From Mobula hypostoma (lineage: Eukaryota): DNA of 64,000 nucleotides. This document shows, in pieces, positions 1 to 13,300 of this stretch (positions within the stretch are counted from its first letter, which is position 1; each line of letters opens with the position of its first letter). The DNA is taken from the NCBI RefSeq assembly GCF_963921235.1, contig NC_086108.1, positions 112,160,001-112,224,000 of the forward strand, given 5' to 3'. The notes beneath the pieces are model-generated. The model did no database searches and was not told where the DNA came from. It was given only the letters and a program-made list of their open reading frames with translations. The position numbers and the translations under genes are program-made.

Positions 1-232
1 GGGGGCAAGCTGCAAGTGTCGCTACGATTCTGGCGCCAATTTAGCATGCCCACAATTTATTAATCCTAACCTGTAATATCTTTGGAATGTGGGAGGAAAC
101 CATTGGACCTGGAAGAAACCCATGCGGTCACAGAGGCAATTTACAAACTCCTTTAAGACAGCGGCAGGAATTGAACTCCGATCTTCCAGCTGCTGGCACT
201 GTAAAGTGTTACGCTAACCACAACGCTACCTT

Positions 233-645
233 GCATGATACGTCCACTTTCAGGTTGGAGGAGCAACACCTCATTCAGTCTAGGTTGCCTCCAACCTGAT
301 GGCATGAACATTGATTTCTCCTTCCCCTCCCTCTATACTCTTCTATTTGCCACTCTGCCTCTTACATCTTCTCCTCAGCTGCCCATCACTTCCCACATGT
401 GCCCCTCCTACTTCCCTTTCTGCCATGGTCCACTCTTCTCTCCTATCAGATTCCTTCTTCAGCGACCCTTTACCTTTCCCATCCACCTAGCTTCACCTAT
501 CACCTTCTAGCTTGTACTCCTCCCCCTCCCCCATCTTTTTATTCTGGCATACTTCCCCTTCCTTTCCAATTCTGATGAAGAATCTTGGCCTGAAATGTCA
601 ACTGTTCATTCATGTCCATAGGTGCTGCCTGACCTGCTGAATCTC
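233..645 (+). mobile_element. Old PLE 3' fragment (GIY-YIG end RLEEQHLI..LQPDGMNIDFS, pyrimidine-rich pseudo-LTR, decayed hammerhead at ~568-603)
   Basis: Similar to 16950-17410; ctgatgaagaatcttggcctgaaatgtca. Confidence 0.75.
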
Positions 646-1160
646 ATGTTTATGATACACTTTACGTATGGAATGATCAGTCTGGATGGCACACAAACAA
701 AAGTTTTTCACTGTAGCTCAGTATTTGCAGCAATAATAAACCAATCACGAATTCCCAATATTCTACCTGAACAAACTGTAAGACTCCACCAGAAGGGCCT
801 CTAACTACATTAACTATTACATGTTTACAGTTAACTCTATCATGGACAATTGCCTCCCCAGCATCCAGGACATCTTCATGAGGTGATGCCTCAAAAAGGC
901 AACATCTGTCATTAAGGACCTCCATGACTCAGCACATGCCATCTTCTCATTGTTCCCAACACGGAGGAGATAAAACAGCTTGAAGAAACGCACTCAACAT
1001 TTTTGGTATAGCTTCTTCACCCTCCACCATCAGATTTCTGAACGGATAATTAACCCATGTACACTACCCTTTTTTCCCCCTCTTTTTTGTTCTTTTGTTC
1101 TTTACCTACTACCTATTTAATTTAATTTTATTAATTTTATATATATATAGATAGATAGAT

Positions 1161-1490
1161 TTTGGGTGGCGGGGTGGATATACTAAAGGTGTAAGAAGCT
1201 CCTTCACTCCGCTAGCCTACAGGTCACCCTCGGGCAAGGTGTAGCACCTGCTTAGCTCCGTGATCAGGGTCACGTGAAGCCATGGGAGCAAGTGGTGGAT
1301 GGTCGTATGAGCAGCTGATGGACATCACAGTCCTGGTAACACAACCACTGACACCAGGCAGACAATCTCTTGTAAAGACAATGTACAGAAGGCAATGGCA
1401 AACCACTTTTGTAGAAAAATTTGCTAAGTACATTCATGGTCATGGAAAGACCATGATTGCCCAAGTCATATGACATGCCACATACAACCA
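1161..1490 (+). mobile_element. ~330-bp interspersed SINE-like repeat (second copy ~3806-4150)
   Basis: Two collinear copies; contains gaaggcaatggcaaaccact, like RTE-5'UTR-derived SINE bodies. Confidence 0.7.
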
Positions 1491-1899
1491 TGCTGATATT
1501 TCTTATTGTAATTTATAATTAAAAAAAAAATTTTAATGTGTTGCATTGTACTGCTGCCACAAAGACAACATATTTCATGACATGTGCCAGTGATATTAAA
1601 CCTGATTCTGATTCTAATACATTCCACATAGACCAGGTTCATTCTTATTAACATTCGCTTGCCTACTCATTGAAATAAGGCTGATTAGAGTTCAAAATGT
1701 CATTGGCAATTTTTACAATTAGTTAACAGTTCCCTGTTATACCGTAGAATGCATGGGGAAACTTTTGTTTATTGGCACGTCAAGGGTATTATGATCCAAA
1801 TTAGATAAGGCACAATATTCAGAAATTAATCCCTTGATGCATTAATTTTTCTTTTGAGGAAGGCAGAAAAGCTTTTTCAAAACATTCACTGTTACGTGT

Positions 1900-2145
1900 T
1901 TGGGTTGGCACAGTGGTTAGTGTAACGCTATTACAGCACCAACAACCCAGGTTCAACTCCAGCTGGTGTCTGTAAGGGGTTTGAATATCTCCTCCCATGA
2001 TCACGTGTTTCCTCTGGGTGCTCAGGTTTCCTCCCACATTCACAGATGTACAGGTTAGTAGGTTAACTGATCACATGGATGTAAATTGACAGCAAGGGCT
2101 CACTGGGCTAGAAGGACCTGCTACCATGCCGTATCTCTAAATAAA
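1900..2145 (+). mobile_element. tRNA-headed V-SINE-like element (other copies ~1-230, 2310-2560, 4640-4905, 6005-6220, 32480-32755, 44970-45245, 54590-54770, 56635-56940)
   Basis: A/B-box-like head (tggcacagtggttag..ggttcaactcc) and V-domain-like core tttcctctgggtgctcaggtttcctcccaca. Confidence 0.7.
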
Positions 2146-4914
2146 AATACATGCTGAGATTTGGTATCATGTCAATATTTTGCATTTTTGATTTGAAAAA
2201 ATATTCTGCACAAAAAGCCTTTAAGATGATTGAAGTAAACGTAATGTGTAAAACTGAAAAAATAGAACCACAATTACAAATGAATTGCACTATTACAGCA
2301 TAAATGGTCAAAGTTCAATTCCCACCTTGACTGTAAGGAGTTTATATGTTCTCCCCGTGACCTGGTCGGTTTCCTTTGGGTACTCCAGTTTTCCTCCCAC
2401 ATTCTAAAGATGTACAGTTAGGGTTAGTAAGTTGTGGGCATACTACGTTGGCACCGAAAGCATGGCAACATTGTGCGCTGCCTCCAGCACGTCCTCTGAC
2501 TGTGAAGACACGTTTTACTGGATGTTTTGATGTACATGTGACAAATAAAGTTAATCCTCATCTTTTCTGCAAGTAAACACTTATAACCTTATTTAAAAGA
2601 TTACTTGCATAATGATATATATTCCCTGATGATCATCACCTTGTCGTGGGGGAGAGACTTGAGCTCCAGAGATCCTGACAGTAATGCTATCTGGAGTTTA
2701 GCTCCTGGCTGGGATACCCATGGCAGTAAGGTCAAGAGGGAGATTCCAAACAAAGATCTCAATGGTGGAGCTAGCGGGAGATGATGATGCATCACAATGG
2801 CAGTGAAGGATTCCCCAGTCATCTTGCATTCCATACCACTGGACCTTGACCCTGATCTGTCAAGAACTGTGTGATGGCCGCCTGATCAGCCTCCTCACGT
2901 TAAACAAAGTCATGCACAGGCATTCTCCAGAAATGAAATCCACCCCAAATATGTGCATCTTGAATCGGCATCTGCAGCCATCCAAGGACCCACCAATAGA
3001 CAATCCCTCAGGAAAGCATCATACTCGACTCAAGTAATCTCACTACTATACATATATTGAACGGCACAGATATAAAATAGATACAAAATAACGTAGTAGA
3101 AATGATCCATGTTTCACCACGTTTTAATAGGATGAAAGAAAGTGAATTTGTTAAATATTGGTATCAGTGCACAGCAGTGTGCTCAGATCAGTATATAGTC
3201 ATATTTACATGTTTAATGATACTTTATCAGTTCAAGGCAACTATACTTCTGTGTAACAGATAATGCATACGGGATTATTAAAGCACATGAATAACAATTC
3301 AGTAGATAAATTAAAGCCTGAAAACCCTTTACAAAGATCTTCAAGCTGTGAGGAGTGTTAATTAAAACTAAGATGGCCAAATGTGTTCACATTATACACA
3401 GTATACACATTAAAAGCAAGTTGAAACACAAGGTAACGTGACATAGCAGTGGCAACTTTTATCGTGTTTATTCGGTCATATGACTTCATATTTTCAGTAA
3501 ATATTTAAAACAGTGTCTGAAAACATTGCAGCTGTAAAAAAGATTAAGGCCAACCTTAGCTTAAATAATAAAATGGCAGTATATCAAATCCATAGTTAAT
3601 AATTTGAAACTAGGAGATCTAATCCCTAGAAATTGGAAACTAAGGATAGGTGCTGGGCCCATTGCTGTTTGTCATCTGTATTAATGATTTAACTGATAAT
3701 GTGGTAATAGGCACATAGATGAGAGAGGTATGGAGAGCTATGGTTCCTGCGCAGGTCGATGGGACTAAGCAAAAACTGGGCTACTTCTGCGCTGTAATGC
3801 TCTGTGTGGGTGATAGGGTGGAGATATGTCTCCACCAAAGGACGTATTAGGCACTCCTTCCCTCCGCTAGCCTGCAGGTCACCTTGGGCAAGGTGTAGCA
3901 CCTGCTTAGCTCCCCAATCAGGGTTATGTGAAATCATGGGAGCAGGAAGTGGATGGTCGTATCAGCAGCTGATCCATATCACATCCTGCATATGGGACCA
4001 CTGATGCCAGGCAGACAATCTCTGAAGAGTATTGATAATGGCTGGGGTCACCTGTCCTGCAAAGACACCGCCCAGAAGGCAACGGCAAACCACTTCCGAA
4101 GAGAAATTTGCCAAGGACAGTCATGGTCATAGACATGGAACATAATGAACGAATGAGTGCTCCAGGACAATGTGATTCATTCTCTAAGCACTTTTGCACA
4201 TGTTAATTTGTGAGACTGGGAAATACAAGCTGCCTGTAATTTTTAACTCCAGATGTTAAACTTTAATTGACTTTAGGTTATGCAAGTTGGCCTGTTTTCA
4301 ATCTCAGTTGTAACAGTACTGTTTCTGTAAAACTTGTTAGCTCATCACCCCAGTTAGGCTGCATATGTGAAAGAATGAGCAGAATTTTGATTTAAGGGCA
4401 TGGAGAACTGACAGGAATGCACATTGTGAAAGATGCCACTTCTATACTGATTCAGTAGAACCCTTTTCCAGGGTAGCAGATACAGAGGTCCAAGGGACAG
4501 AATTAATTGTTAGAAATAAGGAGGCAGGAGTGACTATGATACTATGTACAGAACTGCTCAATGTCTGACCCAACTTTGAGGCCGATGTGGAAATGATTCT
4601 ACACAGGCTCAAATTAGACAAGGAAGTTGTACAATTTATTTTATTTTGAAATAGAGCGCAGAACAGGCCCTTCCACCCTAAAGAGCCGCAACACCCATCA
4701 ACGCACCTATAATTAACCGTAGCTGTAGCCTATTCACAATGACCAATTAATCTATTATCTGGTATGTCTTTGAACTGTGGGAAGAAACTGAAGCACTTGG
4801 AGGAAGCCCATGCAGTCACTGAGAGAATGTGCAAACTCCTTACAGACAATGCCAGAACTGAACTCCAACTGTATGAGCTGTAAAAGCATCGCGCTAACCA
4901 CTATGCTAGGTGGC

Positions 4915-5985
4915 ACCCCCTATAAGACTTTTGTGAGGCTTAATTTGGGGTACTGTGTGAAGTGCTGGTCACCCACCTGTAGGAAAGATATCAATAAGAT
5001 TGAAAGAGTACAAAGAAAATCTACAAAACGTTGTCAGAACCAGAGGACCCGAGTTATAGGGAAAGATTGAAAAGGTTAGGACTTTATTCCCTGGAGCACA
5101 GAAAACTGAGGGGAGATTTGATAGAGGCGTATGAAATAAGGGGTATAGATCGGGTAAATGCAAGCAAGTTTTTTCCATTCAGATTGGTTGAGACTAGAAC
5201 TAGAGGTCATGGGTTAAGGATGGAAGGTGAAATATTTAAGGGGAACTTCTTCACTTAGAGGGTGGTGAGAGTGTGGAACAAAATGCCAGCAGAAATGGTG
5301 AATGTGGCATTGATTACAACATTTAAGAGAAGTCTGGATAAAGCATGGAGGGCTGTGGTCCAGTTGTGGCTTAAAGGGATTAATCAGAACAACAGTTTGG
5401 CAAGGTTTGGATGGGCTGAAGAGGAGCATATGATGACCTTATGATGGCTCTGGCCCTATACTCACTGGAGTTTAGAAGAATAAGAGGGGAGTCTCATTGA
5501 AACCTATTGAAGATTGAAAGGCCTAGCTGTGGAAAGGAGGTTTTCAATAGTGGGGGAGTTTAGGACCAAAGGTCAGAGAGATGAAGTGGAATTTCTTTAG
5601 CCAGAGAGTGGTGAATCTGCAGAATTCATTGCCACAGACAGCTGTGGAGGCCAAGTCATTGGGTATAATGAAAACAAAGGTGGATAGTTCTTGATTAGTA
5701 CGGTCATCAAAGGTTACGGGGAGAAAGCAGGAGAATGAGGGATAATAAATCAGCCATGATGGAATGGCAGAACAGACTCAATGGACTGACTGGCCTAATT
5801 CTGCTCCTAATGGTCTTAATTATTGCCTCATTATAAGAAGGATGTGGAAGCTTTAGAGGGTGCAGAGGAGATTTACCAGGATTAGAGAGCATGTCTTATG
5901 GAGATAGGTTGAGGTAGCTAGGGCTATTCTCTTTGGAGCGAAGGAGGATGAGAGGTGACTTGATAGAGGTGTACAAGATAGAGGC
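4915..5985 (+). mobile_element. Cluster of CR1 3'-end fragments
   Basis: Repeated LGLYSLE.R.LRGDLIE motifs and CR1 3'UTR tails. Confidence 0.75.
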
Positions 5986-6428
5986 AAAGATTGAGTTAGA
6001 TCATCGCTTTACAATGCCAGCAACTGGGGTTCAATTTCTGCTGTTATCTGTAAGGAGTTTGTATGTTCTCCCCGTGATGGCCTGGGTTCCTTCCAGTGCT
6101 CTGGTTTCCTCCCACATTCCAATGACATACTGGTTAGTAGGTCAATTGGTCACATGGGTGTAATTGGGCAGCAGAGATTTGTTGGGCCAGAAGGGCCAGC
6201 TTACCATGCTGTATCTCTAAATTTTTAAAAATCTGTCATAAGCAAGCATAATGCCATAGCAGGTGTTGAAAAATATTTAGCCACATTATATTAAAAACAC
6301 TTCCTCACAGCTCTCTTTATCGTGCATTTATATATATATTTATATATACATTTCTCAGGCAGTATATCTAATGGTATTTGGTCTTCTGGTACGTGCATCA
6401 CTATACATGCAAATCATACTTAATCAAA

Positions 6429-6834
6429 GCTCCAAGTGGACCACAACCTTGGTGTGGTTTAGAGGTTTGTGTGCCTCAATGACCCAGACAGCTATGTTGG
6501 CTGGAGTCAGGGCTTTATGCTTTGGCTCTTGGTAGGGTCACCCATGTCAAAGACGTCAAAGGGTAGAAGCCAGACTAAGAGTGGTCCACTACTCCTCCAG
6601 GTTCTGGGGTTCAGCTCAGGGCTAACAACCCTGACTGATAAAACACCAATGAAGAATCCTTCTACATCTGAGTGCGACAGTATTCCTGAGTCTACACCCG
6701 GGGACTTGCATGGCTGACAGTAGTGAAACCGAGAGGAAGCTACTGACAGGATGAAGGAAGCCCTGAACACCACCAGAGATGTAGGACCTTCATTGCTGCC
6801 CGAAACGTCAGCGGCGTAATGGGCAGTAAGTAAC
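6429..6834 (+). mobile_element. RTE-derived short non-autonomous element (RTE-like 5' head plus 3' tail)
   Basis: Head ccacaaccttggtgtggtttagaggtttgtgtgcctcaatgaccc resembles RTE 5' ends; (agta)n-like tail; degenerate TSD acttaatcaaa / actttatcaaa (6418-6428 / 6835-6845). A related head sits at ~2631-2760. Confidence 0.55.
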
Positions 6835-7356
6835 ACTTTATCAAAAATATAAAGGGTTAGAAAAATATACCATTTGCTTTGATTTGCCTTTAAATACAGT
6901 TACAGAGATGTGTTAATAACAAAGAAAGATAACAGCTTACAATATTTTTCATTACCCAAAAAATGTGCAGGGTTTTTTTTTCTCCCCTGTGCATATAGTT
7001 TCTTCATAGCAGCCTTTGTATTACAATGCAAATGAACAGTGACGGGCAGATCTTTAATTGGTAACTATTGCTGTTAAAAAACACTCTGTCTCACTGCAGA
7101 AAGATCTGCCAAGCAGCATCTAAACATGAGGATGATCAGAGGTGAGCTTAAAGACGACTCAGGATGCTGAGTGATAATGGCTAGTCTCCTTCAAAAGTCC
7201 TCGTCATTCATAAGTGCATCTGCTGATATTCCTACCTGAACACAGTGCTCAGTCTACAGTACTGTAAAATAACATGCCTTTAAGGCACCACATACCCCTT
7301 GGGGTCAATCCACTGAATTCTTCCAATATGAAGAAAAGAAAAACTTACATGTACAA

Positions 7357-7975
7357 CGGTCCTGGTTCCTGGAAGCTGTCATAGCCGGAGGGGAGACAGT
7401 AGTAGGGACAAGCTCCCATTACCTATTAAATGCTCCCAATGGCATGCGGCTCAAATAGCCTCTGACAACCAAGTCCAGCTCCTGGCTTTCACATATGGCT
7501 TAGCTACTAAGCCCAGCAGAAGCTTACCTACTGACAGGAGAAGGGGCAAAGGCGAACTCCTGGCACCTTAAAACCAGTTGCTCCGAGCAGATGGGGCTCG
7601 TCAACCATGGCTGGCAGCTCATCTAGGAAAAGGAAAACTCTGATCTTAAACCTCCACTGCCTTGCGGCTATACCCACTCATGAGGAAGGCTTCGGGAGTA
7701 AACCCAGAGGAAAAATTCAGATCTGGAGTCCCTAAGGCAGTCCTACATTGAGCTCAATGCTGACTGGCAACTCCTGCGATGCTGCTGGTGCCAAACTGTA
7801 TCAGTCTCTGCCATTCCTTTGGATTCATCAGTTGCTTGGAGAAGGGGAGCCTGCTGCATGCATGGGCAGCAGTTTGCTCTACATATTGTACTGCCCTAAC
7901 TTGAGTATCAACTGATAATGTAGACAGTTAGGATGCAACATGCATGGTCGACTATGACCATCGGAGGGCCTCAAC
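7357..7975 (+). mobile_element. ~600-bp interspersed repeat, probably RTE-derived (second copy 55101-55645)
   Basis: Collinear similarity between the two copies (ttagctactaagcc, ggaaaactctgatc..cctcc.ctgccttgcggct); caacaa tail. Confidence 0.65.
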
Positions 7976-8112
7976 AAAAACCCTGGAATGCCTAAAATGA
8001 GTCAACGGACCCAAGATAACTCACATTACATCTCATACTGAAAGAGCACTCCCATCATAGAAAATGGCTGATACAACTGTTGGCTGGAACTCTCCCTAAT
8101 TGACAGGGTAGC

Positions 8113-8615
8113 TTAACAAGTGACATTTAGCTTGTTTTTGCTCAGTTCTCGTTCCAAGTTTCCAATTAGTGTGTCAATACTTTCTTGAAGATCCTTAAGG
8201 TTCACTCGATCTTTCAATGCTGGACTGATTTCCTCCACGCTAACATAAGTCTCGTGTACTTGCTCTTTGGATTCTGGCTCTGCATGTGGTTGCGGTACAC
8301 GATTTGTCCCATCTGTCATTAAGTTCTCCTCTTCACTCCCAGTGTCTTCTGAAGGGACATCGTCATAGTCCGCCTCAGCACTCTCTTCCTTTGGCCTCAG
8401 GAGGTAACTTTCGCCACAACTGCTCCAGTCCCCAGCATAGCGATTGCTAGGACTGTCGAGCCTAACCTGTCTGGAACGCAGCACACTCGGCATCTCGGAA
8501 TTTGTTAAGTTTAGCATTGTAGGTCGCTGCTTCCTCCTCCTCACACAATTCACTGACTTGTCTGGTTTAGGAAATCCACCACCTTCCCCGTACTCTTTGG
8601 TACCGGCATTTTGCA
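8113..8615 (-). CDS. SYDE2: SYDE2 last coding exon: VQNAGTKE...RLDSPSNRYAGDWSSCGE...DYDDVPSED...NLKDLQESIDTLIGNLERELSKNKLNVTC*
   Basis: Polypyrimidine acceptor tacttttctttctag (plus ct 8616-8617); split codon G|TG = Val matches phase 1; stop TAA at 8113-8115. The C-terminal motifs (NRYAGDWSSCGE, LKDLQESIDTLIGNLEREL) match vertebrate SYDE2 as I recall it. Confidence 0.95.
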
Positions 8616-8747
8616 CTAGAAAGAAAAGTATTTGGGAAAATTTTATTAGTATTTCTATCAAATTAAACGAACAAATCCAGTTGCAACTAGACTAGAAAAA
8701 CACCTGCCCCATGCATCTCCTTTAAATTTCTAACTCTTTCATTAAAT

Positions 8748-9478
8748 ATCAAGTCAAGTTTATCGTCTATATACATGTATACCATCAAACAAGACAACGT
8801 TTCTCCACACCAGGGTGTAAAGCATAGTAGTACACATAGCATACAATAACTTAGGAAAGTAAGAATTAAATCTACAAATGATAAACAAAATGAAGTGCAT
8901 AAATTAAATTTTGTAGAGTATAGAACAAATTAACAGGTGACACTTTGAATGTGATGCGGCGGGGGTTCAGAAGCCTAATGGCCTCAGAGAAGAAACTGTT
9001 TCCCATCCTGACTGCTCTTGTTTTTATGCATCAGAGTCTCCTGCCTGATGGTAGAGAGTCAAAGAGGATGCTGGATGGATGGGTGGGATTCTTGATGATA
9101 AGAAGGGCCCTGCATATACAACACTCCTGATAAATGCCCCTGTTGGATGGTAGGGAGACCCCTATGATCCTCTCAGCTATTCTCACAGTCCTTTTAGGGA
9201 TTTCCAGTCTGATGCTCGGCTGTTCCCATACCAGATGGAGATGTAGCTTGTCAGGACTCTCTCAATGGTGTTCCTGTAAAATACAGTTAAGATGGGGGAA
9301 TTTCGCTCGCCTCAATCTCCTCAGGAAGTGGAGGCACTGCTGTGCCTTCTTATTCAGGGAGATGATATTGAGGGACCAGGTGAGGTCATCTGTGATGTGA
9401 ACTCCCAGGAACTTCATGCTCTTAACTCTCTCTATGGAGGAGCCATGTATGCACCGAGGGGGATGGTTCAAATGCATC
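8748..9478 (-). mobile_element. Rex1-like LINE 3' fragment
   Basis: IERVKSMKFLGVHITDDLTWS..KKAQQCLHFLRRL; (acttg)n-like tail near 8750. Confidence 0.7.
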
Positions 9479-10375
9479 AGGCCATAGCATATTAGAGCTC
9501 TGTCATTTCATCATGGCTGATTTATTATCTCTCTTCATTTCAATCTCCTGCCTTCTCCCCATAACCTTTGACCTCTGACTAATCAAGAACCTGTCATCCT
9601 CTGTTTTAAATATACCCAATGATGGCCTCCACAGCTGTCTATGGCAATGAATTCCACAGATTCACCACCCTCTGGCTAAAGAGATTCCTCCTCACCTCTA
9701 TTCTAAATGGATGTCACTCTATTCTGAGCCTGTGCCTTCTGGTACAACACATTTTGACCTGGTAAAGGATACTGACCTCTTATAATATATAAACCTTTGT
9801 TTGGTCTCCCTATAGCCTCTGCTGCATGAGAGAAAACAATTCAAATATGTCTAAGTTCTTCTTATAGCTCATGCCTTTTAAATCAGGCAGCATCATGGTA
9901 AATCTTTTCTGTACCTTCTCCAAAGCTCAACATCCTTCCTATAACAGGGTGACCAGAATTGAATGTGATATTCTAAATTCAGCTAAACCAGAGTTTTTTG
10001 AAACTCCAACATCACTTCCTGACGTTCAACTTACACCCTCGACTAATACAGGTAAGCATGCCTTCTTTACCACTCACAGGAAGTTCTTGAACTGGACTCC
10101 AAGATCCCTCTGAATATCAACGTTGTTAAGGGCCCTGCCATTAAATGTGTACTGTCCCTTGATATTTGATTTCTCAAACTGCTACACCTCACACTTGATA
10201 TTTGACCTCCAGAACTGGAAAATCTCACAATTAAACAATATATGCAATTTCTCCACCGTGCATCTACAAATGATTATATCCCACTGTATCCTTTGTAATC
10301 TTCTACACTGTGCACAATGCTATAATTCTCTGTACCTGCTCACTCATCCACATTTAATCCAGGTCATTTCTATAT

Positions 10376-13300
10376 AGAACATACAACATAGAATAGTACA
10401 GCACAGTACAGGCCCTTCAGCCCACAATGTTGTGCCGACCCTCAAACCCTGTCTCCCATATAAGCCCCCACCTTAGATTCCTCCATATACCTGTCTAGTA
10501 GTCTCTTAAACTTCACTAGTGTATCTGCCTCCACCACTGACTCAGGCAGTGCATTCCACACACCAACCACTCTCTGAGTAAAAAACCTTCCTCTAATATC
10601 CCTCTTGAATTTCCCACCCCTTACCTTAAAGCCATGTCCTCTTGTATTGAGCAGTGGTGCCCTGGGGAAGAGGCGTTGGCTATCCACTCTATCTATTCCT
10701 CTTATTATCTTGTACACCTCTATCATGTCTCCTCTCATCCTCTTTCTCTCCAAAGAGTAAAGCCCTAGCTCCCTTAATCTCTGATCATAATGCATACTTT
10801 CTAAACCAGGCAGCGTCCTGGTAAATCTCCTCTGTACCCTTTCCAATACTTCCACATCCTTCCTATAGTGAGGTGACCAGAACTGGACACAGTACTCCAA
10901 GTGTGGCCTAACCAGAGTTTTATAGAGCTGCATCATTACATCACGACTCTTAAACTCTATCCCTCGACTTATGAAAGCTAACACCCCATAAGCTTTCTTA
11001 ACTACCCTATCCACCTGTGAGGCAACTTTCAGGGATCGGTGGACATGTACCCCGAGATCCCTCTGCTCCTCCACACTACTAAGTATCCTGCCATTTACTT
11101 TGTACTCTGCCTTGGAGTTTGTCCTTCCAAAGTGTACCACCTCACACTTCTCCGGGTTGAACTCCATCTGCCACTTCTCAGCCCACTTCTGCATCCTATC
11201 AATGTCTCTCTGCAATCTTCGACAATCCTCTACACTACCTACAACACCACCAATCTTTGTGTCGTCTGCAAACTTGCCAACCCACCCTTCTACCCCCACA
11301 TCCAGGTCGTTAATAAAAATCACGAAAAGTAGAGGTCCCAGAACAGATCCTTGTGGGACACCACTAGTCACAATCCTCCAATCTGAATGTACTCCTCCAC
11401 CACCACCCTCTGTCTTCTGCAGGCAAGCCAATTCTGAATCCACCTGGCCAAACTTCCCCGGATCCCATGCCTTCTAACTTTCTGAATAAGCCTACCGTGT
11501 GGAACCTTGTCAAATGCCTTACTATAATCCATATAGATCACATCCGCTGCAATACCCTCATCTATATGCCCGGTCACCTCCTCAAAGAACTCAGGCTTGT
11601 TAGACACGATCTGCCCTTCACAAAGCCATGCTGACTGTCCCTGATCAGACCAGGATTCTCTAAATGCCTATAGATCCTATCTCTAAGAATCTTTTCCAAC
11701 AGCTTTCCCACCACAAACGTAAGGCTCACTGGTCTATAATTACCCGGACTATCCCTACTACCTTTTTTGAACAAGGGAACAACATTTGCCTCCCTCCAAT
11801 CCTCCGGTACCATTCCCGTGGACAACGAGGACATAAAGATCCTAGCCAGAGGCTCGGCAATCTCTTCTCTCGCCTCGTGGAGCAGCCTGGGGAATATTCC
11901 GTCAGGCCTCGGGGACTTATCTGTCCTAATGTATTTTAACAACTCCAATACCTCCTCTCCCTTAATATCAACATGCTCCAGAACATCAACCTCACTCATA
12001 TTGTCCTCACCATCATCAAGTTCCCCCTCACTGGTGAATACCGAAGAGAAGCATTCATTGAGGACCTCGCTCACTTCCACAGCCTCCAGGCACATCTACC
12101 CACCTTTATCTCTAATCGGTCCTACCTTCACTCCTGTCATCCTTTTTTTCTTTACATAATTGAAGAATGCCTTGGGGTTTTCCTTTACCCTACTCGCCAA
12201 GGCCTTCTCATGCCCCCTTCTTGCTCTTCTCAGCCCCTTCTCAAGCTCCTTTCTTGCTTCCCTATATTCCTCAATAGACCCATCTGATCCTTGCTTCCTA
12301 AACCTCATGTACGCTGCCTTCTTCCACCTGAGTAGATTTTCCACCTCACTTGTCACCCATGGTTCCTTCACCCTACCATCCTTTATCTTCCTCACCGGGA
12401 CAAATTTATCCCTTACATCCCGCAAGAGATCTCTAAACGTCGACCACATGTCCATAGTACATTTCCCTGCAAAAACATCATCCCAATTCACATCCGCAAG
12501 TTCTAGCCTTATAGCCTCATAATTTGCCCTTCCCCAATTAAAAATTTTCCTGTCCTCTCTGATTCTATCCTTTTCCATGATAATTATAAAGGCCAGGGAG
12601 GGGTGGTCACTGTTCCCCAGATGCTCACCCACTGAGAGATCTGTGACCTGACCCGGTTCAATACCTAGTACTAGATCTAGTATGGCATTCCCCCTGGTCG
12701 GCCTGTCCACATACAGTGACAGGAATCCATCCTGGACACACTTAACAAATTCTGCCCCATCTAAACCCTTGGAACTAATCAGGTGTCAATCAATATTAGG
12801 GAAGTTAAAGTCACCCATGATAACAACGCTGTTATTTTTGCACCTTTCCAAAATCTGCCTCTCAATCTGCTCCTCTGTATCTCTGCTGCTACCAGGGGGC
12901 CTATAGAATACCCCCAGTAGAGTAACCGCTCCCTTCCTGTTCCTGACTTCCACGCATATTGACTCAAAAGCGGATCCTGCTACATTACCCACCCTTTCTG
13001 TAGCTGTAATAGTATCCCTGACCAGTAATGCCACCCCTCCTCCCCTTTTTCCGCCCTCTCTATCCCTGTTAAAGCATTGAAATCCAGGAATATTGGAATC
13101 CATTCCTGCCCTGGTGCCAGCCAAGTCTCTGTAATGGCCACTACATCATAATTCCATGTATGTATCCAAGCTCTCAGTTCATCACCTTTATTCCTGATGC
13201 TTCTTGCATTGAGGTACACACATTTCAGCCCTTCTACCTTACTGTCTTTACACCGTTTATTCTGCTTCTCTTTCCTCAAAGCCTCTCTGTATGTTAGATC

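Larger units (their letters stand above)
1750..8112 (-). other. SYDE2: Putative long, TE-interrupted SYDE2 3'UTR; candidate polyA signal AATAAA at 1768-1773
   Basis: AT-rich unique blocks between TE inserts downstream of the stop codon; plus tttatt at 1768-1773. The true transcript end cannot be fixed from sequence. Confidence 0.35.

Noticed and set aside
6790..6820. cccGAAACGTC as another hammerhead
   Set aside because: No correctly spaced CUGANGA box or stem I upstream; it lies in an RTE-like 3' tail.
8616..8661. N-terminal extensions of the SYDE2 ORFs in the ORF track (also 46405-46441, and read-through at 21935-21978 and 46208-46222)
   Set aside because: These are intronic; splice sites define the real exon limits.
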